NCBI RefSeq assembly: GCF_006345805.1
Contig: NC_042999.1
Span: 109,678,001-109,742,000, forward strand
Direction of reading: 5' to 3'
Source: Octopus sinensis
Lineage: Eukaryota
Length of the DNA stretch: 64,000 nt
Below the pieces are notes generated by a model. That model worked only from the letters and a program-made list of their open reading frames with translations. It had not been told where the DNA came from and did no database searches. Made by a program: the position numbers and the translations under genes. Below, one piece after another: positions 40,989-53,617 of the stretch. Each line of letters starts with the position of its first letter. The first letter of the stretch is position 1.

Positions 40989-40995
40989 TAATAAT
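40913..40995. repeat. (AAT)n microsatellite
   Basis: Directly visible. Confidence 0.97.
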
Positions 40996-41213
40996 ACTGG
41001 TGGTAGTAATAGCAGAGGTGGAGTTTACTTACTGTATTTAGGCTATTTTCAGTTAGACCTGTCTTGATGAAAGTGAACCTTGAGTGATTCTCTGATAAAT
41101 GCTTTTTGTTCTTCAGATTTAATCGATAAGAAAAAGAAATTTAAAGCCTTCGCTTTCTTTGAAAAGCCATTTCCCTTAAGAATACTCATGTTTTTTTCCT
41201 CCCTTTTTCTTTC

Positions 41214-41241
41214 ACACTACTACTACTACTACTGCTGCTGA

Positions 41242-41274
<33 letters not shown>

Positions 41275-41288
41275 CACTACTACTACTA
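41214..41288. repeat. (TAC)n microsatellite
   Basis: Directly visible. Confidence 0.95.
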
Positions 41289-42044
41289 TCAGATAGCTAC
41301 TAGTATCAGTAGTACTAAAGTTCAAGAATGCTGAAATATTTATTATTTGTTTTGAAAAATATGTAATTGAAAAACTATACACAGTATTGAATAAGGAACA
41401 AAAAATAAAAAAGCCAAAATGTTTAAAAACAAAATGAAAGCAATAAAGATCTATGAAGGAAATAAGAAGGAAAGAAAAGCAAAAAGACTCAGGAAGCAAA
41501 TGAAATTAGACCTACATTTATGTTTAAGGAATTTTTGTCCCAATTGTTGTAAATAGATTGTGAGTGATGTCTTGGTGTGGTGTTGGTGAGTATAAAGAGA
41601 TGTTTTTCTATCACCAACCTCAGAATAGATTGAACTAATAAACATAAAACAATAATAGTGATGATAAAGAAAACAACAATAATAGCAAAAAGGAAAAAAA
41701 AAGAAAGAAAGAAAAGAAAATGAAAAAAAATAACAAACCCAAGAAGTCAACCTAGTTATTTGGGTAAATGTTTCATTCTTTTATTAAGAGACTGTATTGT
41801 CTAACTGGATCCTTTCAACCAAAAATTTGGAAGCAAATTACAGCAGCAAATTTTGATTAAAAGAAAATAAATAAAGTCTAGCTAAAATATAAATAAAGTG
41901 AAACAAATAAAAATAAATGAGACTGTGTTATTAAAGATGGCAGTACATATTCTTAAATTGGAACTGAACGTTCTACATCATAGCTTTAACTGGATAACTC
42001 GCTGGCAAACAACTGAGGAGTAGTCATGGTATATTCAGACTGGA

Positions 42045-42760
42045 GTTGCTTCTGTTTAACCCCAGGTCAACTCTGTTTGAGTAGAATGTTAACCAAAGGG
42101 TTTTCAACCATAAAAATCTCACCATTTTTTTAAATATTTGGATTTCAGGGGAATATATTGTTTTCAATATCCTATATAAAAATAAAAGAAATTTGAAACA
42201 ATGTATTTCCCTGAAATTCAGTTATAAAAAGGTAGGGTTCAATTTGAAGGAGATTTGGCTACTGTTTTTAGCAGTTTGAGTGACCTGCTTGGTTTGTGAT
42301 TTTGGGGAGCTTTCCATATTGTCTCATGACCATGTAGAGCATTATGGAGGCATGTGGCTTAGTGGTTAGGGTGTTGGACTCATGATGGTAAGATTGTGGT
42401 TTCGATTCCTAGACTAGACCACACGTATTTTTGAGCAAAACATTTCATTCCACATTGCTCGAGTCCACTCAGCTGGCAAAAATGAGTAACCCTGATGGAC
42501 CAGTGTCCCATCCAAGTAGAGAATTTATATGCCATGAAAATGGGAAACCAATCCTTACGAGTCAGTATGACTTGAGAAGGTAACTCTACTTATGTAGAGC
42601 ATTTCTCATGTGGACTGTGGTAGTAAAAGGCTCATAATATATCAAGGACAAGATTATATAATATGTTCTTCTTTTCTAAGATGGCAGGATAAGATGTGAG
42701 GGAAATTTGGCTGCCATTTCCAACAGATTAAGTGACTTATAGAGGCCTCCAGATAGGCTT
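42045..42760 (+). repeat. two family C repeat copies, the first interrupted by a family B SINE
   Basis: GATTTGGCTACTG...GAGTGACC...ATGTAGAG motif near 42250-42340 and again near 42700-42760. Confidence 0.7.
42344..42591 (+). mobile_element. tRNA-derived SINE, family B, with 12-bp TSD
   Basis: A-box-like TGGCTTAGTGG and B-box-like GGTTTCGATTCC. TSD ATGTAGAGCATT at 42332-42343 and 42592-42603. Confidence 0.9.
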
Positions 42761-43219
42761 GTAAATAAAGGTGATTAAGATATGGTAGAGTACAATGATC
42801 AGATTCACGACAAACAATGACTAAAATGATGTCTCTGATGATAAAGAATAATTACTGTTGTTAGGATTGGAAGAATTGCAGAAGTAGGGGACAAAACACC
42901 TTGTGGTATTTTATCATGTTTCTCTACAATCTACATTTAAGTCCTGAGTCAACTTTACCTCTCATTCCTCCTGGGTTCACAATAACTACCAGGGTCAAAA
43001 TAATCAATTGTTCTCTCCCTCAAAATTTCTGGCAATATGTCAATATTGCAAATCATTGTTGCTGCTATTGCTACAACAACAACAACATAGCTGTAAACGA
43101 ATTATCTTCGTAACTCAGTTTTGATTCCCAGTTTGAGAGAAAGGCATAAGTTTGATCACTGCCAATCTCACTGTGTTTGAATCTATAAGAAATTGTAACA
43201 ATTTGGTAGAAGTGATTGT

Positions 43220-43425
43220 TATGGTTGATCAGATGAAGGTTATCTGCAAGACTATACTTATTATCAGAAGTGGTCTAGCTGCAACCATTCTGCCTTTTAT
43301 TTAGACACCATGTATCCACTGTGTCCTTCCTGTTCTAAGACAATAAGAAGTTATTTGAGGGTGATTTGATTGTTGTTTCTGGTAGGTTAGTAGTTTAAAA
43401 GATTGCATAATGGTTCTCTTGTTAG
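43220..43425 (+). repeat. family C repeat copy
   Basis: TGTGTCCTTCC...ATTTGAGGGTGATTTGATTG motif. Confidence 0.6.
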
Positions 43426-45334
43426 CAATGGTAAAAGGTGGAGATGGACTAAGCTAGTTGTTACGGATAACTTTTAGAGGTTTACAGAAATAAGTCAAAA
43501 TTAGACAAAGTAGACAGTGGAAAAAGAAAAGCAAAGGATGAATTGGGGATAAAAAGAACAAATGGAAAAACTGATGTGAAAGAATAAAGTAGAAATGTCC
43601 AGTAAAAAGGAATTAAATGAAGAGGAATAGAGAAAATGAACTGGAAGAGACTTGTTTCTTCTATTTGGTATTTACACTCAATTGTGTTGTTCTTGATTAA
43701 TTGTATATATACCTTTTATGAGATATATACAACTTCATGGATACATCATATTTCTCTTAGCTTTGACATTAATGTAATAAATCCAAGATTCAAATCCTTC
43801 TCGTAAAAAGGATTATAAAGAGAGCTCATGTGATTTACATATTTCTCTCAATCATGCACACACGAAGAAAGAAACAGTATCAAAGGGACAAAGTAATGGC
43901 CAGTCTCATTCTAACACCCAACACGGTTTTATTCATTCCTATCTGGGTTAGTTGAAATAAAAACGATGATTAAATCAAGATTTGAACACATAGCAAATAT
44001 ATTTGGTTATTATGATCATACCAATATTATTCCAAGCTTTAGCCAAATTTTATTTATATGGAAATTCAAACTAAAACAAGAACAAGAAGAGGGGGGAAAA
44101 AAAAGAAACATGAATGAAAATAAGCAAATCTAATGTTCTTTTGAACAAGATAGTATTAGATAGAAAAAGAAACAACAATGTTTGCAAGAAGAAAGCGGCT
44201 TAGCTTATTAGTCATTCTAGTTCTGAATTATACTAAAGGTATTGATTTTCCTGTTGAAACAACAACAAGATGAACAAATTATTACAAATGTAAAACATAA
44301 ATAATTGAAATGCAAGAAATATATGAAAACGCAACATTAATTTTGTAGCTGCTACATGTATCCTCCCCCTTTCATAAATACAGACAGGTTCATTTTCTTT
44401 TTCTGTTACTGTTTCCACTAATCCCTGAGATTGGTTTGATCTAAGGCTTTAATTAGTGGAACCTCATCATTCATGAGATTCAAACCATTCTTTTAGTGCA
44501 GAGAAAACCTAGAGGCAAGGGTATGTTACTTCATTAGCACTGGTCACAATGGCTGTATACAAAAATGAAGAGAAAGAACAAAGTGCTAGGAAGAAGAGAT
44601 GGGGAAGGAGGCGGAGGAGGAGGAGACAGAGAAGGAGGAACAGAAAGAGAAGAATAAAGCAAAAAAATAAAAATAAGGAAACAAAAATGTGAAAAATAAA
44701 GACATCTGGCAAGTTCAATTAGCTGAACACAACAAGTAGATTGTTGGGCCTATATTTTAACACACAACACAGATATAGGAGAGAGTAGAAGTGGATGAGA
44801 AGTAGTAGATAGCTATGGGATGATCCATCACTGATTATATAAGGATGCTAAAATTAGTACTGACAAAGCCTTGTGGTTAAACCATGCTCAATGGTATAAC
44901 ACCGTAAAGAATACAGTGCAATGGTGGTGATGATGATGGAGGTGGTGGTGGTGAAAGGGAAGAGGTGATAAGAATAAAAGGTCTTGGGATGGGCAGATGT
45001 GATGATGGAGAGAATAGTGTGTAGATGGAAGGAGGAGAATAGAAGGTGGAGCTGACATTAAAGAGAGTACAGTATATAAAAGGAAAAGATAATTTAGAAT
45101 GGAGAAAGGAAGAATGGAAATGGAAAGCAGACAGAGAAATAGCACAAGAATTCAGAAAGAAAGAAGTTGCTAGAGAAGAAACTTAAGCTGAAGAACTGGG
45201 GCAAATTTATGCTATTAACAATGAAAATGACAGTGATGATGGGAATGATGATGATGTCAAAGAAGAAAAATACAAAAGAGATAAATCTGAAGAAATCAAA
45301 TGCAATAGACAGTAATTATTAGTTTTAAGTCAGC

Positions 45335-45530
45335 TGTTGTTAAGATTAAAGGTATTCCAGCTATGACTAGCCTGTCTTGTGTTCTTTTTTCCTTTGAGAC
45401 CTTGTATACCTTGGACTACACAGTCCAATGTCTCCTTCCTATTTTAAATTCAATTGCGAGATTTGAAGGGGATTTTGCACCAATGTAGCAGATTGAGTAA
45501 ACATGTAGAGACATTCTTGTTGGTTCATTC
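45335..45530 (+). repeat. family C repeat copy
   Basis: AAAGGTATTCCAGCTATGAC...GATTTGAAGGGGATTT...CATGTAGAG. Confidence 0.65.
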
Positions 45531-46886
45531 ATTTACTGCTACATGACTTTGGCTAAACAAGGGTAGGATTCATTTCTACTTGTATAAGAACTAAAGTAGA
45601 AAAATCTTTCTATTAAATCGTTTCATTATCTATTTATCCAATTATTTAAATAACATATATTTGAAGAATGGCTTATTAATCATAGTAATCAGAAATTGTT
45701 TTCAGTTTGAACTGTTTTGCTTTCCCACTAACCATTTTTGTTATTTCACAATTAACAAACTGTGATACTAGTATAGTATCACAATATAAATGCAATTGTC
45801 TGTCATATAAAAATAGCTTTGTGAGTTTGCCTGATGTTAAAGAATTCAGCATGACACAAACAAATTACACTATTATTGAATTCTTTTTACCAAGAATAAA
45901 CCAACTTTATAAGGAAGAAACAAAAGCAAATGCAACATGAACAGAATTTCAATACTGAACCAAAAAGGATGAAACTAAAACTGTTAGATATTTTGTTTCA
46001 ATCACCCTTACTTGAGCCACCTCACTTGAATATATAACACAATAATGTTGATGATTTTGACTAACACAGTTTGAACTATAGAATATTCCTGTCAATAATT
46101 TCAAAATCTACTCAAAAGATCAAAAAACAACAACAGTATTTAATGCAGTTTTCATAACAGAGCCAAAACTGGACTATTCAAATATGATCAGTTAAATACT
46201 AAACAAGTATTAAGCAGCAGAAAAGAAAAATAGATTTTTTTTGTCTACTCAGGTTGCCATGTCTAATTGGGGTAGAACATTTCATTCACTTTTAAATGAA
46301 CCAGTTTTAAATTCAAATCTTGGTTCTTTTGAATCAAGCTTTGTTTATATAGGTGTTCTGTGGATTTACTTGTAGGTTCTCAAGAAAGTTACTATCAAAC
46401 TCTACTGAAATAAAATACTGAATGAAAAATAAATGAATAAATAGAATATTTGATTAAATCTCTGATAATTGATGTCACAAATTGCAACTGACAGTTGGTA
46501 ACTAAATTTAGGAGTTTATCTTTAAGTTCTATCGGAATGTTCTTAGTGAATGTTTTTAAATTCATTCTCCTGCAACTCCCTTCTCTTGAAGGTTATAATT
46601 TAGCTCTTATGAAATTTTTGTAGAGTATAAAGCAGTTACTCTTTACTTTTAGCAGGTCATTATGTTTAAATCCCTTTTATTTGTTTCTTATAATAGTCTC
46701 TGGGTAGGAGGAATGCTGAGGAAAGGTGTACATATAGAACCTCATCAGTTGGAGACACAAAAACATTATAATGGATTGAGGATTGCTGTCAATGTTCTCC
46801 TCCTTTTTATCATTATCATCATCATCATCAACAACATCTTTATCATCAATGATTGTGACAAAATGATAGTGTAATAGTTAGAGATA

Positions 46887-47122
46887 ACTATTTCTTTACT
46901 ACCCACAAGGGGCTAAACATAGAGGGGACAAACAAGGACAGACAAACGGATTGAGTCAATTATATCAACTCCAGTGCGTAACTGGTACTTATTTAATCAA
47001 CCCCGAAAGGGTGAAAGGCAAAGTCTACCTCAGCAGAATTTGAACTCAGAACGTAGCAGCAGATGAAATACTGCTAAGCATTTCGCCCGGCATACTAATG
47101 TGTCTGCCAGCTTGCCGCCTTG
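46887..47122 (-). mobile_element. family A SINE, full length with 13-bp TSD
   Basis: Matches 4695 and 15871. TSD ATAGTTAGAGATA at 46874-46886 and 47123-47135. Confidence 0.92.
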
Positions 47123-48240
47123 ATAGTTAGAGATACCATTAGAATGATGTTATAAATATCTTCTACTGGAAAATATTCTTGTATACTACTAGCAGTAAAT
47201 TACATATATACATTAAATGGAGGACAAAAATATACCATTCTATCTAAATTAAACAGCTATATAAAATTGTATATCGGAATCTTGTAAGCATTAAGCTCAG
47301 CCTCTGTATAATGTAAACAGTTATTGGATCCAAATGTTAATAGTGGGCTGGCAGAATTAGCTAAACATAAAATCTGGCCAATTCTGTACCGAACAACATT
47401 ATTCCAGTCCAGAAAACCCCACCCATTTCTCTGTTTCCCTCCTTTATGCATTCTTTATTGCTTGCTTCATAACCTCTGCAACAACATATAAGGAATGCTA
47501 CAGCAAGCTGGCCTTTGGGCTGGTTGGTCAATGTCAGCTCCCCAATGTTACAGCTGACCAGTATTACTTCCAATCAAAACACTACTGCCTTTTGCATATC
47601 AGGCTGCCATCAGGTCTTACTGACCAGTATTTTATTGATCTGCCTCCCTTCCTCTGAAATATGGCCATGCTGCTCTAATCTTGTTACGGATGACAGTAAT
47701 GCAAAGCTTTCAGGAGTTCAACTTAATTTACTGGAGATTATGCTCGTACACGAGATTGGTAAACTACATGTATAAGGTTGATTAAACATTGTATATAAGA
47801 AATATTACAGCTGAAACTTTTACAAAGCGTATGGATACACTGGTTCTAAGACTACATCCATTCTGAAAATATGGGTGGAAATATAGTGAGTAATAAGCAT
47901 AAACAATATAGCAAAACAACTCATGTGTATAAATATGCATACATACACATGTATGTGTGAGCATATATATATATATGTGTGTGTTTGTATATATATACAT
48001 ATGCATATATATCTATATATATATTTGTATATATACATGTGTAAATATATATATATATATATCTAGAGAGAGAGAGAGATAATGTATATATACATACATA
48101 TATATATGTGTGTGTGTGTGTGTATATGTACAAATATATATATTGATGTATATACATATATATATTTATATATATTCATATATATATATATATTTACAAA
48201 TATATATATACATTTGTATTTATTTATACACACACACACA

Positions 48241-48895
48241 CATACATGACAGGCTAGTATGTATTCTACCAGTCTGTCTTTGCCGAACCACTAAGTTATG
48301 GGGACGTCAACACACCAACATAGGTTGTCAAGCGATGGTGGGGAGACAAACACAGACACACAAACATACACACACACACACGTATTTAAATATACATATA
48401 TATATAAAACGTATATTTATATACATGTGTGTATGTGTACATATATATATATACACATATATGTCATATATGTATATATTATATGCATATATATATGTAC
48501 ATGCACATTATCTATATGTGTGAATATATACATTACATATATATATATGTATATACACACACACACACATACATGACAGGCTAGTATGTATTCTACCAGT
48601 CTGTCTTTGCCGAACCACTAAGTTATGGGGACGTCAACACACCAACATAGGTTGTCAAGCGATGGTGGGGAGACAAACACAGACACACAAACATACACAC
48701 ACACACACACGTATTTAAATATACATATATATATAAAACGTATATTTATATACATGTGTGTATGTGTACATATATATATATACACATATATGTCATATAT
48801 GTATATATTATATGCATATATATATGTACATGCACATTATCTATATGTGTGAATATATACATTACATATATATATGTATATACACACACACACAT
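48241..48895. repeat. near-perfect tandem duplication, period ~327 bp, each unit carrying a SINE tail fragment
   Basis: CATACATGACAGGCTAGTATGTATTCTACC begins at 48241 and at 48568. The units differ essentially only in microsatellite length. Confidence 0.95.
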
Positions 48896-48929
48896 ATACA
48901 TATGTCTATATATGAATATATATATACAC

Positions 48930-48987
<58 letters not shown>

Positions 48988-49067
48988 ATATGTATATATA
49001 TACACGCACATGCATAAATACTCACATATATATGTATATATGCGTTTGCAAGATATGCAAATACATA

Positions 49068-49240
49068 AATGTGTGGTTGTGTGGTGAGAAGTTTGCTTCC
49101 CAACCACATTGTTTCAGTCTCTCTACATGGTAAACTTGGGCAAGTGTCCTGTAGTATAAACCCGAGCCAACCAAAGTCAGTGAATATAATAGTCAGAAAC
49201 TATAAGAAGTCCATTATATATGTATACGTGTGTGCGTGCA

Positions 49241-49271
<31 letters not shown>

Positions 49272-49508
49272 ACCTATCTGCGTGTGTATGTGAGTTACAG
49301 TCTCTTTGCACAGGCAATGCGTAACAGTTGTAAATGAGTGTTACGATCATGCAAAGAATGCTCTTGCTAATTTTCCATGAAAACATGTCTGGTCATGTGG
49401 AAACCAGTGAGGGTCAGGAAGGGCATCTAGCCATAGAACATCCATATGTCCAGCTCATGTAAGCATGGAAAATTGGACATTAACACACTGATGATGCTTA
49501 TGATGATG

Positions 49509-49510
<2 letters not shown>
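49068..49510 (+). mobile_element. family D SINE with an alternative (TGA)n-ending tail
   Basis: D head (GTGTGGTGAGAAGTTTGCTTCCCAACCACAT), internal microsatellite, then GGAAGGGCATCTAGCC...GCATGGAAAATTGGACATTAA...TGATGAT. Confidence 0.75.
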
Positions 49511-49548
<38 letters not shown>

Positions 49549-51223
49549 CATGAATATAATAAGCTTTTTTCACACTATCCATATATGGTGCAATGTTTAT
49601 ATCCCTCAAGATAACAAATTCACAAACTACTTCTAGTGAGTCATCTGAATAGCTCATGACTACATCATCATCTAATATCAACACTTATTCCAGCTTCATT
49701 GTCTGTATGTCTGTCTATATCTATATAGATAGATATGCGTATATACATACATATATATATATGCATATATGGATGCACACACACACATGTATATACATAT
49801 ATAGATATGTGGGGCAGTTGAGCAAGTGTCTTCTACTATCACTTTAGTTTGACCAATGCATTGCGGATAAATATGATTGATGGGAAATATACTAAACTTA
49901 GTACATATATAGTATATATTATTATATGTATGTGTGCATGTATGTGTCTGTATGTGTGTGTGTTGGTATTTTGCTGGTTACCGTTTGAACAAATGGGATG
50001 ATATTGACATAATTATGACCAATATCTGAAAGCTTTTCAAGACCTGTGGAATATAAAAATTCCTTACTTAGGACGCAGAGGTGAGGGTTTACGACATGAA
50101 CAGTGTCCGGCCTTTAGAATCTCAAATAGCTCTCTGTCTTGTTCATTTTAGCATGAAAGAACAGACGTTAAGGAAATTAACGATACTAGTCATGCTGCTG
50201 TAGCCTTTGGGTTATGCCCCTAAATAAGGCACATAACTCTGCTTGCTCCAGTTTGCCTGACTGACAAGTTTCATTGTATGTTTAAGTTAGGTGGTTAGTG
50301 GTAGAAAGATCAACCAGCTGCAAAAAACATTTGCTTACTAATGAAAAAAACCAAAAACAAAAAAACTAAAAAAAAAAAAAAAGTAAAAAAACCAACCCCA
50401 CACTTGCAAGCATGAAAAATGGGTGTACACATACACATTTCTCTTTTATATCTTTATATCTGGTTTTCTCATTCCTCTGCAGCTTCTACTTATTAAAATT
50501 TCAGTCATGCTGAATCACACTTCTGACACTTATAACTGTTCATTTTGCAAACTTCAAGCTATGTGTATGTGCATGGGTGTCTATATGTGTGTGTGTGTAT
50601 AATATATATAATATATATAATATATATATGTACATATGCCTGTACACACACACACACATGCATGTGCACAAGCAAGCACAATCTCAAATTAGTAGAAGTA
50701 GGTGGTATAAATCAGATTTTATATTGCTTGTATTTGATGATCTGTTGAGTACAGGTGTTAAATAGCCTGAGTTTCCCTAGTTGTTTAAATATGTTCTAGA
50801 TCACTGAAGTTAAATAACTTAATACTATTTTTATCAGTCAAAAAAAAAAAAAAATAATAAAATTTAAAAATCCAAAATAATTTGTTTATAAATGTTGAAC
50901 TGGAAATAGATGAAACTACAAACAATAGTATACAGACATTGGGTTAAAGAACCCTTCAGATAGTAAAAGCCAAAGACCTTCAGTCTTTTCTGTCCAAAGA
51001 GTTTTAACCAAATCTTCAATCTAATATTTGCATGCTATTGTTTGTAGCATTATCAGCAACTGTTTAAAACATGAGTTATTTTATGTTTTCTTGAAGTTTC
51101 TAAATTCTTATGATGTAAGAAAAAAAAAAAAAACAAAGAAAAATATACAGTTCTATATTTAAGAGATGAATTATGTACATTATTTACATTTGACAGATAT
51201 TTGTCCCCATCTTGTTTGTTGTT

Positions 51224-51271
51224 AACACAATGTTTCGGCTGATATACCCTCCAGTCTTCATCAGGTGTCTT
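51224..51271 (-). ncRNA. minimal type I hammerhead ribozyme-like motif (mutated)
   Basis: AAGACAC CTGATGA A GACTG-loop-CAGCC GAAA CATT GTGTT. Confidence 0.55.
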
Positions 51272-51437
51272 GGGGAAATTTCGAACCTGGGTTCTCATTT
51301 GTAATTTATTTTTCGATGTTATTATTATTATTATTATTATTGTTCAGGTCACTGCCTGGAATTGAACTTCGAATCTTGGGGTTAGTAGCCTGTGCTAGAG
51401 TTTGATTCCAGGCAGTGACTTGAATAATAATAAGAAT

Positions 51438-51481
<44 letters not shown>

Positions 51482-51531
51482 CCACATTGATAAATACCTT
51501 AGGAATGAGAACCCAGGTTTGAAATTTCATC

Positions 51532-51579
51532 AAGACACCTGATGAAGCCTGGAGGGTTTATCAGCCGAAATGTTGTATT
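51532..51579 (+). ncRNA. minimal type I hammerhead ribozyme-like motif (mutated)
   Basis: AAGACAC CTGATGA A GCCTG-loop-CAGCC GAAA TGTT GTATT. Confidence 0.5.
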
Positions 51580-53047
51580 TACAACAAACAATATGAAGAC
51601 AAATATCCTTCAAATGTAAATAATGTAAATAAAGAAAAATATCCTATTCCAAATAGTAGAACTGAAATTGCTAGATATCCAACTTGTGTTTATTTAAGTG
51701 TCAGGGATGGGAAAAGTTTAAAAAGAAATATAAAATTAAAGTACATAATTCTTTCAATAAATATGAACTAGTATATAGAAACAGCAGTTGGAATGGGGAA
51801 TAAATATAGCGAAAACGAAAGCTGTTGGTGTTGTTTTTCTCACTGATACACTTCCATTTCATGCACAATATCACATGTGTTTTTAGTCACCTCCAGCAGT
51901 GCCTTGCTTTAGCAATGAGTTCTCTTTTCATACAAAAGTGTATTTTTAAAAAAAAAAAGAAAAAAAGAGGATACAACCCTACACCAAGAATCCAGAAGAG
52001 TGTCACAGAGGGAGAAAAAATGCACACACAGGATGTCAATTTAGAGTCTAAACAGTTAAAGAAGATCAATAGACAGTTGAAACATAGACTTAAGGGATGA
52101 TATGATGGAAAATGTTACAAGAAAAAAAAAAAAAAGAAGGGTGGAGGCAAAAATGATCACTTCAAAGGAAGAATAAAGAAAAGACCACATGTGAGTAAAT
52201 TCATTTCATAACAAACAACCGTCGTTGTATGTATGAATGTATGTATACGAAGATTGCTTCAAACATCTTCACATGCATACATACTAAGAATTTGTACATA
52301 TCCAAGCATAGAGCTATATACATATGTGTGTTTGTGTATGAATATATATTCACTCAGATGCATGTAAGTTTCCAATTATATGTTTACACTGTCACTCCCA
52401 TACGTATGCACATGTGTCTATTTACAGCTTTGCTTTCTTTCAGCTGTATTCCAGTTAAGAGTAGGTAATGATATCCTTTACCAGCCATCAATACAATTGC
52501 CTAAATCCAAATCATTAGTAAGGATTACAGCTGGTATTATTACAACAGGCCTAACTTTAAAACTAATTTACCAGTATATTGTGCTTTTCTGTTCATTTAT
52601 TTGTATTTTCATCTGTCTTTTTGATACAGCAGTTGACTGGATTTCAAACTGAATTTCTAACACAAATTTATAAACTCAGTTTTATAACAATGCAGAGAGG
52701 CTTACATAAGGATACGTTCTTGTTTTCTTTAAAGGAATGTATCATCATCATCATAAAAAAGTGATACAAATTACTGTGTTCAAAATAACATTCTTAAGAT
52801 GTTTCTAATAGAATAGAAATAGAAGAAGATATGATAATGCTTTCTTATAACTGGAAGCAAAGTCAACTGCATAAAAAAAGAAGTACCCTATCATATCATA
52901 TTGATGTACCTATCTCAATGCTCTCCTTACTTCTGTTCTGTCTCACTCCCTAGACTGCTGTAGTAAACACTTTTCTTCAATTTTTCTTTCCTACCCCCAG
53001 ATTTTTTTTTTTTTTGCCCTGGAACCCTCTGTATAATATTTTTTTTT

Positions 53048-53460
53048 CTGTGCAGTAAGAGATTTGCTTCTCAAGCACATGGTTCTAGGTTCAGTTCCAC
53101 TGCATGACACCTTGGGCAGTTGTCTTCTACTATAGCCTTGGACCAACCAAAGCCTCGAGAGTGGATGTCATAAACAGAAACTGTAAGAAGCCTGTTATCT
53201 ATCTTTCTATCTATCTATCTATCTATCTATCTATCAATCTATCGGTCTATCTATATCTGTATGTGTGCACATGCGTATGTGTTTGTTTGTGTACGTGTTT
53301 GTTTGTGTCCCTGTAACTTAATGGTTTGGCAAAAGAGACTGACAGAATAAGTACCAAGCTTAAAAAATAAGTACTGGGGATGATTTGTACAACTAAATCC
53401 TTCAAGATGGTGCCCCAGCATGGCCGCAACCTAATTACTAAAACAAATAAAAAGAAATGA
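53048..53460 (+). mobile_element. family D SINE, long form with internal (TCTA)n
   Basis: Head GGTTCTAGGTTCAGTTCCACTGC...GAAACTGTAAGAAGCC; tail GGCAAAAGAGAC...GTGCCCCAGCATGGCCGCA. Confidence 0.85.
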
Positions 53461-53584
53461 CAAAAAAAGCATTCAGTTTGCAGAAGATCACAGTGAACAT
53501 TAATTTGAATGATTTCCCCAAGCCATCTCTGCCCTGGTTGTTGGACTAACAAAGCTCACAAACATTTTAGTCTGTGTTTGATAG

Positions 53585-53617
<33 letters not shown>

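Larger units (their letters stand above)
51147..51630. mobile_element. head-to-head inverted pair of a tRNA-SINE with a Penelope-like, hammerhead-bearing tail; single TSD-flanked insertion
   Basis: Arms ~51173-51369 and ~51398-51630 are reverse complements. TSD AAAGAAAAATAT at 51135-51146 and 51631-51642. B-box-like GAGTTTGATTCC. Confidence 0.85.

Noticed and set aside
42344-42420. tRNA gene
   Set aside because: The A/B boxes belong to a TSD-flanked SINE head, with no complete cloverleaf or terminator. The same applies to the other SINE heads.
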